Source of the DNA: Craspedostauros australis | Taxonomy: Eukaryota | DNA length: 55,423 nucleotides | Assembly: GCA_030167865.1 (NCBI GenBank) | Contig: JALAGF010000012.1 | Coordinates: forward strand, 1-55,423 | Direction of reading: 5' to 3' | Shown here: positions 46,383-55,423 of the stretch, in pieces | Position numbering within the stretch: position 1 is the first letter of the stretch | How the letters are laid out: each line of letters starts with the position of its first letter | The notes under the pieces: generated by a model | Seen by the model: only the letters and a program-made list of their open reading frames with translations | Told to the model about the DNA's origin: nothing | Database searches by the model: none | Position numbers and translations under genes: made by a program

Positions 46383-48139
46383 ACCTTCGCGAATCGGCGT
46401 ATGCAGTAGAAGTGTTCGAGCATCTGCACCTGTACAACCAGCCCTACCCATGCCTGAATCGCTTTCTTCCTTCCCCAAACAGCGAAGGGAAGGAGGCGGC
46501 ATGTGGTGGGGCACGAAGAAGCACCGCGCCAACGCCTTGGCCATCCTTGTGATGAAGAGGAGGCGCAGGTTGTTGCCGCGGGGAAGAATTCGAGAATTGT
46601 CAAGCCGTTGCCCCTCTCCGCCGTGTCCATCGCATGTTGGTGAGAACTTGTCGCAGTACCAGACGAGGAACCCCAGCTTGGTAGAGGCGGGTGCGGCAGT
46701 AGCACAGGACTCTGGTATAAGCGTACCACAGTGCCCCCATGCGATGGAGGCCTTCGGGGGCATAAAGACGAGTGTGTGCTCTGCAGCCTTCGCTAATCTG
46801 TAGAGTAGCTCACATAGTAGCCCTTGTCTGCGTCAACCGAGTGACAAAATGCAAACGCAGGAGGACTTGACATTTCTCCAACCTTGCAGCGAAGTATGAT
46901 GAGGTAGTACTCGATCACGCGCGAAGCCGATCGCCGCATCATGATAAATCTTGGCGCAGTGTACGGATAAGAGTGATAGCCCGCACGGCGTGAGGCTTCG
47001 AGCCGCAAAAGACAACTCGTAGCGCGACTTAGCATCCGAAATGATACCAAGCGAAGATGCAAAGAACACACATCATTCAGTGAGGCTTCGCTTTCTGCGC
47101 TCGATCGGCCTTGCAAGCCGGATTTTGCGAACAGGCACCAACAGAGAAGAAAGCGCCCTCCATTTCACGGCAACACTCGCACCAGTCCATGAAGTCTCAA
47201 ACATCATTAGCCGACCAAACTGGTTGATGGGATTCAAGACTTTGGCGCTGACAGAAAGAAGAGATGCCTTGTCCTGGAACACAGAAACTGAGCGCCACCA
47301 GAGCCTGTCAAACAAATCGGTTGCGACTGCTTCGTGGAGCTGAGGCTAATCCCTGATCGATCTTGCTTTTATCTTCCCCGCCCCGTGAGGTAGTAGGTTT
47401 CCGCGTGTCCATGGTGCATCCTCTGCACTGGCCCGACTCCAGGGAGTACGTGCAAGTGAGTGGTCGGCGCTTGGCCATGCTCGCGTGGAGAGCACTGACT
47501 TCGTGCAGAGCGTAGTATCACGCACAGGCATCTGTTGCACTGTATGGAACGAGGACAATGGCAGTTGTGCACAGAAGGCACCCCCTATTCGTCGAACAGA
47601 CCGAGGAACCTCCTCAGGAACGGACCGGAAGGCACCACCATCTTGGGTGAGGATCAGCAGATTAGAAGTGAAAAGCGAGTTGGAGTGAATGCTAATTCGA
47701 CAATAGTACCTCCGTTCACGTCTCCGTTCACACCTCCCTGACCAAACCACCTTCGACGCTCCCGCCAGATTTCGAGCAAGAAGTCGGAGTGAATCCAAGT
47801 GTGGTGGCGCCATACACGTACGCTGTGTTCACGATTGAATGAAGTTGAAACGATTCGAATGGAGTGGCACCAGCACAAAAGAGAAGATTTGATGAGCGCC
47901 ATGAAATGACATCAGAGGACATGCCTGCAAGGCTTGCGAGACCGTCACACTCCTCCACTTTTTCTGTTCGTGCCCAACACGCACTGGTATTGGTGAGCAT
48001 GCTGGAGTGTACCAAAAAACGACAACCTGCTTGTGTGATACCATTTTGCTTTCTCTCACTCACTCGTCCACTCACTCCCTATCTGCACCATCGCACATCG
48101 CACCATAAATGTCACCACTCCTCTTCCCAACGCCGTGCT

Positions 48140-50032
48140 CTACTCTTCGCAAATCCAGATGTTGAGCCCATACTTGATGGCAGTACCCGTTTCGATGGCG
48201 ATGGACTCTGTCTCCGCAGCTCGTCTCGCATCAAGTTGAGGCTTCGATTCGCCGTGGTTCGGCAGTTTTGGACACCCGTCAAGCTTCTCTTTTGTGTCGG
48301 CCGTTCCGCTATGGTTGCGCGTCGTGATCTTTGCCTCGATGACGGGCTCACCAGCATGGATGGTCCTGGGATCTGGCTTCCCGTCCTGGGTGACGTTCGA
48401 CCACAGCACGGCCCTGCCTCGCTTGGGATGAACCCGTAGGCCCGGTGGTTGCTTCCGCATTTGCAACCGTGCGTTGTCTGATTGCTTCCTCTTTTCCGAC
48501 TTCAATTTCTCAATCTGCCGCTGTTTTCTTCGCCTCTCTTTCAAGCGTGTGCTCGTGCGCGATGGTAGAAGGGCATGCGAGGGCATACTCTCGAAATCCT
48601 CGCTGTGCTGCGCCTTTTCGTGACGCTGCGTCGGTTTATCGTTGACGCCGCGCTTCGTTGCGGCTGCATCGCTGGCGCAGTTGGGAAAGTAAGTGCAGCC
48701 ACCCTGTTCCGGCGCCAACGTGTTCAAGTAAATGAAGAGCGTGACAAGCCTTCGTTTGACGTTCAGGTCCTTCGCAGGCAACGCGACTGTCCCGTCCTCC
48801 AGCAGATTCCCCATATCATGGTGAAGACCGAAGAACTGGCCCGGCTTGTACCGCACGAGCTGCAACGCCTCGATCTGATGCACCCAGCAACCGAGCATGG
48901 ATGCGATCCTTTGCTCCAGGGAGGCTACCCTTCGGTTGTGCAGCTTGCCGAATGCGAAGAACGTCGACGTGCGGTGCGATTTATCGACGAGCGTCCTACC
49001 TTGCTGCCTCCTGCGTGAACGACATCGCTGCTTCTTCGGTGACGGTCGATGCGCGGTCGCATTTGCATTCGCGTGCCGCTGGGAATCTGCGCACGCGCTT
49101 GCATCGGTGGATGATTGCGAGCACTCCGAGTGCAAGCTGGGCGCTGCCTCGATGTCTTCCTCCGCAGTCCCCATGCTCGCTGCATCGCCACTCCTCGACA
49201 CATTTCTTCTCTCACCATCATTCGCTGTATCATTGTCGATACCATCGCCACTGTCCTCGCCACCACTGTGGTTCATGTTATCGACGAAGCTCTGTTGGAA
49301 AGTGCAGCCCAGGATGGCATGATCAAAGAACTCCAATTCGGACGGGGTGAGGAAGTTGTCAATGACGTAGATGGCAGGATCAGCGTGGACCTTGCGGACA
49401 TCCAGCGATGCCAGAGATGGCAGTATCGATGATGCCTCTTCGACCAGCTTCTTGGGCGGTTGCTGTTGTCCCTGTTGTCGTTGATTGTTTGGAATATCAC
49501 GATCGCGGTCAGAATCATGACTATGATCGCGGCCATGGCCATGTTCGAGCCGTCTCTTTGGTGACCGCCTCCTCGCGCTCGTGCGCGGCGAACTGCACTC
49601 GGTGTGAAAAGACGACGACACTGCCTTGCCATCCCGTGGACGTCCACGCTGCGGATCAGCTTCGTCATCAGCAGATTGCTGCGCGTCGAAGAACAGGGTG
49701 TTCAGATTCCTGTAGAAACTGGGACAGAACCCACCCGAGAGACGAATGGAGTTGCGGTTGCGACTGGAACGCCTCGGGGCAGCAGCTGACGCACTGGCGA
49801 GGTCGCTCACAACGTCGTCGGCGGCAATGTGCATGCTTGATGCGGTCTCGCCGTCGTCTCCATCTTCCTTGATCGCATGCGACAGCTGGCGAGACCTGGA
49901 AACGGAGCGTCTGGTGCCTACCATCGTCCACGTTCTCTCTCTGTCTCCTCCTTCTTGCTGCTGCTGCTGTGGTCTTGCGCCTTCTCTTGTGTATGCACTG
50001 ATATGCGCGGATACTCCGTCTGTTGTGGCCAT
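48140..50032 (-). CDS. Prolyl 4-hydroxylase alpha-like 2OG-Fe(II) dioxygenase with long disordered insertions
   Basis: 630 aa. 'DPAIYVIDNFLTPSE', 'RTST', 'EALQLVRYKPGQFFGLHHD' (HxD), 'RLVTLFIYLN..GGCTYFP', 'VHPKRGRAVLW', 'TIHAGEPV' (distal His) and 'KYGLNIW' (2OG-binding Lys). Confidence 0.9.
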   Translation of the reverse strand: MATTDGVSAHISAYTREGARPQQQQQEGGDRERTWTMVGTRRSVSRSRQLSHAIKEDGDDGETASSMHIAADDVVSDLASASAAAPRRSSRNRNSIRLSGGFCPSFYRNLNTLFFDAQQSADDEADPQRGRPRDGKAVSSSFHTECSSPRTSARRRSPKRRLEHGHGRDHSHDSDRDRDIPNNQRQQGQQQPPKKLVEEASSILPSLASLDVRKVHADPAIYVIDNFLTPSELEFFDHAILGCTFQQSFVDNMNHSGGEDSGDGIDNDTANDGERRNVSRSGDAASMGTAEEDIEAAPSLHSECSQSSTDASACADSQRHANANATAHRPSPKKQRCRSRRRQQGRTLVDKSHRTSTFFAFGKLHNRRVASLEQRIASMLGCWVHQIEALQLVRYKPGQFFGLHHDMGNLLEDGTVALPAKDLNVKRRLVTLFIYLNTLAPEQGGCTYFPNCASDAAATKRGVNDKPTQRHEKAQHSEDFESMPSHALLPSRTSTRLKERRRKQRQIEKLKSEKRKQSDNARLQMRKQPPGLRVHPKRGRAVLWSNVTQDGKPDPRTIHAGEPVIEAKITTRNHSGTADTKEKLDGCPKLPNHGESKPQLDARRAAETESIAIETGTAIKYGLNIWICEE

Positions 50033-50589
50033 CCAGTTCTGTTGCTGTTGTAGTCGACATCATGGTGAAGTATCATGGAGAAGTTGATGGAGCCCTGCCA
50101 TCGCATCGTGTTGGATACAACAATTGGGCGCAAAACACGATTTGTGGTTTGCGGCATCACACGTGACATATTGTCCGTTTGTCCGTCAAAGAACAAAGTG
50201 GTCTCTGGAACGTTCTAGTAGGGACGTTAATGAATTTCAAGGTTTAACGGGCTCACGAACACATTCTTTCATTGTCTCGAACAACAATGGCGCCAACAAA
50301 GACCAAAAACTGGCATGACCGCCACAAGTTGCACCGCAACGCACACACCGCGCACTATCCCCAACGCACGACTACGACCATCAACTGATTTCCTTGTGCA
50401 TACATCCACGAAAGAGGTGGATTGGAACCCAAAAGACCAGAGAGCATCAACATCGTGCTGACGCTGTCTGACTGCTCTGCTGTATGACTCCATTCATCCA
50501 AATACTCTCCAGACAGTAATCTTCCTCACGTTGAATCACAACCACCCACGGAATCCTGGAACCCAAGACGCGACAAGATTGACCTTGCC

Positions 50590-52624
50590 ATGGCTCGCAA
50601 AAACAAGACAAAGCGGCTAGCCGCAGAGGCAGGAGCCCCAGCGAGCGAAGATGCAGACTCCAATGCCAAGCGCGACACGGAGACGATGGCGGAGCCCAAC
50701 GAAGGCGGTCCAACCCAATTTCCGACAGGCGACAGCACCACCGAAGAGACGACGCCTCGATGGGGACGCAGGAGCAGGAGGAACCTTTCCATCCTGGTGG
50801 TGTTTGGTCTGGTGGCTGCGTCGTTGGATACGCAGGTCTTCAACTTCACGGCTCCGACCGCATTCATGAGCACGGCGTCCACTGTCACGGTGACATCGAA
50901 TGCAACGATCACTAGCAGCGATGAACCAGCAGCATCGCAATCGGAAACATCGTATGTTCCCGACGATCCGACACCTCTGATACCTCCATGGTGGCGTTCT
51001 GACAACGTGATGTCCATGGAAGAGGCCAAGGCGTCGAGGGTGATCCCGCCACTTCCTCTCAGAAAGGACGCCGCTGTCGTTGATGGTGTCGAGACAGCGA
51101 ATGCAACGAGCACCGACTTGCTCATATCGCAAGGCATCATCCCCAACGCATATCCAGGACCATTCGATGTGGACGGAACCATCATCGTGGACTCGTCGGG
51201 TGAGCTCGGCAATGTGATGAACCACATTGCGCATGCTAGGGGCGTGCAGCTATGGGCCTACGAAACCTACAAGATGAGAACGAGGATCGTGATGAAACCC
51301 CAGATCCTGCGCAACGGCAGAGTCAATAGCGGCAAAACGAAATGGAACCAAATCTTCCTCCACAGATGCTTCCCGCAGACCAGACAGTGGAGTTTCTACG
51401 AAGGCCTCAGCGGGCAGCTCAACGACATGTACAACTTCCAATTCTCGGGAGATCTCAATGGCGTTGCCGATCAAACGATACTGTCAGGCATCAACAGCGT
51501 GGAGAGCACGGAGACCGCCGCCGCCGCCTTGAAGCATTTTCATGAACTGTCTTCGAATCGACCTTGGCGCCAAAAGGTCGTGATGGAGGGCGACAACACG
51601 GTCAAATCGCAGAACTACACCAATGCCACAGTCATCCAACAGGTCCTCAGTGCGCATCCTTACCCACCGCCGATCTTTCATCACAAATCGATGTCTCTCG
51701 GGAAAATGATGGGGCGCTACTACCGACAGTTGCGACAACTCTTGGCATTCGATGTCAATGCGGCGGAACCCAGGGCGCCAAAGGCCAATCCATGCTGTCG
51801 TCGCTTGCCGGAACCGGATGAATACGTGCTGGTAAGTGCGAGAGCGATTGCAACTTTGCTTGCGTCGGTCATGTCCTGTCCTTTGCATGTATATGTGTGT
51901 GTATGCATGTAGATATGTTTTCTCTACATTGGACACGCGCAGTGTGCACAGTTACTCATGGAAAGCGTGGATACAATGAAACAGGAGGAAGATATGGATA
52001 CACATGAAGATGCACCTTGCATGCCCGCGTCCACATGCCCCACCTCTCACAATCTCCTCTCTGCGTGCGTGCATGCTCTTCGGTCGCAAACAATGAAACA
52101 CTCACACTCCGATGTACTCCTACTATGTTACGCCACATCCCTACGTACTCTATCAGCACTTCCGCAACTTCCAAACAGAGCTTAGGAATGCAGCTGGGCA
52201 CGGATTTGAAGATCTCGCACCGCGACGCATAGCACACGAATTATTTGCACATTTGAAGGCAGGGGACAAGATTGCCATCACGACGCGTCAATACGGCGAC
52301 AACAACAACAACACGGCACTCAACAGCCTCCTGTATGAACTCCGGGCGCGCGATCTGGAAGTTCGCGTCATCGGCGATCAGGACGCCGTCCAAGATTTCT
52401 GCTTCCTCATGCACGCGCAGAAGGAGATCCTCGGTTACGCGCGATCGACCTACTTCATTTGGGCCAGCATTCTCAGCAATGCCACCTCCATCCGTGCTTA
52501 CCTCGTCAACACCACCGCGAACTGGAGGTCGGGTTCGATGACTCGCCTGATGGATTACGAACTCAACTGGGGAGTGAACGCCGATCCGTTGCTCCGGGAT
52601 CGGTATCATCTTGAGGTCTATTGA
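50590..52624 (+). CDS. Type II membrane glycosyltransferase-like protein (GT11 / alpha-1,2-fucosyltransferase-like motifs), about 569 aa, 2 exons
   Basis: Exon 1 50590-51831, intron 51832-52156 (GTAAGT..CAG), exon 2 52157-52624. TM 'LSILVVFGLVAASL', then 'GELGNVMNHIA', 'YVL|HFR' and 'QDFCFL..GYARSTYFIWASIL', paralleling GT11 motifs GxLGNQ, HxR and DF..STFSWWAA. Gene structure is solid; family call is moderate. Confidence 0.75.
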
Positions 52625-54240
52625 TCGCGATCACATGCATTCAGAGCTCAGCTCTGTTCTCCATGAGGGCGATCATTTGGAACACTCCGTTGCACTGTTG
52701 TCTTCAGCCTTTCGTTCGTTCGAGACAGAACCATACGTACGTACAACAATCCATCAAATCCGAATCAATAAATGTAGACGCGCTCTGGTGAAAGGGCCAT
52801 GTCATAGCAGACCGACTGAATATTCCAACCATCCTTGCGCCATTCGCCATGGCATCCAAGGTATTCTACAAAGATTGAGTTGGCGCCGACCGCAATTGTA
52901 ATGGCTCAAGACAACTCGGACACCAGCGCAATCGTTGTGAATCGCCGATTCTTCCACAAGACTGGAAGGCACGTTAGTGTCCTCTGCTCTGGGCAACCTT
53001 CGTGCAAGGCGCGCCAACTGAATGCTAGTCAAATGATCCGCAAAGAGGCGACACGTTTTCGTCTCACGCAGACGCTTCATGATGTCCTTCCATCACATCA
53101 CATCACCTGCACGACGATGCGATACGCATGCTACGCACGTACCTAAATCAACCATCGAATTCACCACCTGCACGCCGCGCATTTCATCTCATTGGCGACA
53201 TCGTGGGAGACCTGCTCGTGCTCGTACCTGCGAGCACCATGCCCCCAAACCACAAGTGCAGGCACGAGGATGAACGAACTCTTGTCTGCGAACGTTACTG
53301 CACACACACACGCACGCCAACTGTCACATGATCTCACCGTTGGGGTCAGCGTCATTGCCATCACGCGGCGAGGTGAAGGAACAACAAGACCATCACGTCT
53401 GTGTCCTTGAATGTGTGTGCTTGTTCCGACTCCACGAAAGTGTGAGGAAGAAGCCACGATTCAGGGTTTACGACCAGCGTGGAAAAGCCATCAATAACGT
53501 CTTTTTAACGTTATTGGAGAAAATTGGAAGAGTGTTGTCTTCACAACCACATGACTCGAGGGAGATACACATGTTACTTTGGTGTCGCCAAGACACTTTC
53601 TCACTCGTCAACTCACAAAACTGGCAACACAGAGCTTCACGGCAGGAATCGGAAGCAAACAACACGCTCACATTTCCATTCCCACAAATCCCAATACCGG
53701 TATCGTTGACAGGAGCAAACAGGCATCAAGGAGGGCACGACACAAAGTCGCAGACAACCAAGAGCACCCCGCGAGCATCCAGAACGTCCCAAGCACGCAG
53801 TTGAACGAGAATCGGAACGGGTAGGTTGGAATCCTGAACGAAAACGAGACTGGCCTCTTGTTGTTTCGCCATCATCACAAGGGAGCTTCAACAAAGACAC
53901 ACTTGCCCAACAAACACGTTCCGCAAAACGACAGGTCAGAGGTTAGGGACATCTTGTTCGCGCTCACATCACCATCAGCACTGGCACTTGCATCACAACG
54001 GTCATCATCGCAGCCACTCTGCGCGAAGAGACCCATTCACTGCCAGCAACCACTGTATTGGTCTCACTCAAAGAGAAACACTGGACGGTTCACTCTGCTC
54101 ACAAATTCCTCCTCCACTCGCAAACTCAGTCGCAACCACAAAGGAAAACACGCTGTACAACACAACTTGGATCAAACCAGCCTTGCATAATCATCGGCTG
54201 CAAAGAACCTACACCAGAAGTAATCGTACATTGCTACAGC

Positions 54241-54852
54241 ATGAGCAACAGCAACAGCAACAACAACGCCAAGATGAAACTGATCGAAACCAACATCAAC
54301 CATCTGGACCGATTGCAATCGAGCACAACCGTCTTGGAAGCCGCGAGTGCAGAGGCCGACTATCTGTCGGCACCGAACCCAGTGTCACGATCATCCAGCG
54401 CCTCCAGCTCCACATCGAGATTGGACTCCTCGGCATGGGCGACGTCGTCCGAGAGAGAAAGCGGCCGTCAAGTTGGTCCAATCGGTTCGCACGATCGGAA
54501 CGATCCGTTCGCGCCAAAGCCAATCAATCCTCTCCTATCGTGCCGAAAACGGCAACATGGCGACGTCCAAAAGGATGACAGCGTCCCTTCGCCTGACAAA
54601 ACCGATTGCAACAGAGATCTGTTCGAAGACATGCGGCACAAGAAGACGCGCCGCCGCCAGCGCCGCCGTGCCCGCATGGCAGCCGTTGGTGTCGGCGGAT
54701 TCGTGGTCGGCGGCGTGTTCCTCGGACCGATCGGAGCATGCGCAGGCTGCGTTTCTGGCGCGGCCATCACCCGCGCCGCCAGCAAGTTGAGCGAGAAACG
54801 CAAGGACCGACGTTTGCAGAAGAAGATCGGCAGGAATACGTTGTTGGTGTAA
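54241..54852 (+). CDS. Hypothetical protein with C-terminal glycine-zipper-like hydrophobic hairpin
   Basis: 203 aa from ATG 54241. 'AAVGVGGFVVGGVFLGPIGACAGCVSGAAI' is flanked by basic clusters. Confidence 0.7.
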   Translation: MSNSNSNNNAKMKLIETNINHLDRLQSSTTVLEAASAEADYLSAPNPVSRSSSASSSTSRLDSSAWATSSERESGRQVGPIGSHDRNDPFAPKPINPLLSCRKRQHGDVQKDDSVPSPDKTDCNRDLFEDMRHKKTRRRQRRRARMAAVGVGGFVVGGVFLGPIGACAGCVSGAAITRAASKLSEKRKDRRLQKKIGRNTLLV

Positions 54853-54874
54853 AGTCAAGACGGCATCCACAGAC

Positions 54875-54892
54875 GAGAGAGAGAGAGAGAGA
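54875..54892. repeat. (GA)n microsatellite in the 3' flank
   Basis: About 9 GA units, read directly. Confidence 0.85.
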
Positions 54893-55423
54893 CCAGGTTT
54901 CAGCAGAGTGTGACCCTCACAATGAGCAGACCGAGTCGGAATTGACCGAGCAACCGAGACATGATCAGATATACATGCGTATGTTACGTACTCCGGCAAG
55001 TATAAGCATCATGCCGTACCATGCACCCCACACGTGAGGGGTGCGGTTGCTAACACGGATCTTTGACAGAACTCGAGTAGACAGAGAGAAGAGTAATACA
55101 AGCATAGAGTTCAAGTACCCACAAAGATACGCGTGTGCGCACATGATCGTACTCGTGCACACAAGAGCGCCTCGCACAGCGCGCTCAATAGTTGCGTGAG
55201 AGAATGCGATGAAGAACAGCAGTTTCTCCAGAGAGAAGGAGGCAAGTCTTCGTTCCGGTGGTATTCGGCTGGAGAGCTACCCGACCATCGTTTCCAACAA
55301 CACTCTCTGGCATAGTATGGTATGCGTGCCGGGACGAGTCGAACAGAGCAGAGTACTCTATGTTCATTCATTCTATGGTTACCGATACTTGCCCACGTAC
55401 ATATAATGCTACTGTGACATGAT

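Noticed and set aside
45818..46803. ORFs 45818..46729(-), 46311..46763(-) and 46450..46803(+)
   Set aside because: Partly antisense to the SDR and no recognisable family.
50203..50220. Heat-shock-element-like GAAnnTTC in the divergent P4H/GT promoter
   Set aside because: Only two perfect nGAAn units; expected by chance.

Overview
This is eukaryotic nuclear DNA, most likely from a diatom. That is inferred from GT-AG introns, several bipartite signal-peptide + ASAFAP-like plastid presequences, and low-complexity gene families of the kind expanded in diatoms. About 17 protein-coding genes are supportable. Recognisable genes: the 3' part of a COG3899-like ATPase/TPR protein, cytosolic GAPDH (1 intron), a PfkB-like kinase, a sulfotransferase-like protein, a DUF179/AlgH protein (1 intron), NOL9/Grc3, an ABCD half-transporter, SAM50, a PDZ protein (2 introns, not visible as a single ORF), a Coq11/NDUFA9-like SDR split by a +1 frameshift, a prolyl 4-hydroxylase-like oxygenase and a GT11-like glycosyltransferase (1 intron). 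The rest are hypothetical proteins. I found no tRNA, rRNA, CRISPR array or intact transposon. I cannot support a new multi-gene system. The most notable observations are long AG-free zones in all five introns (possible distant branch points), the frameshifted SDR, a PfkB with Asn in place of the catalytic Asp, a recurrent intergenic TACTCGTA/TACGAGTA motif, and an RVxF-bearing unknown protein.
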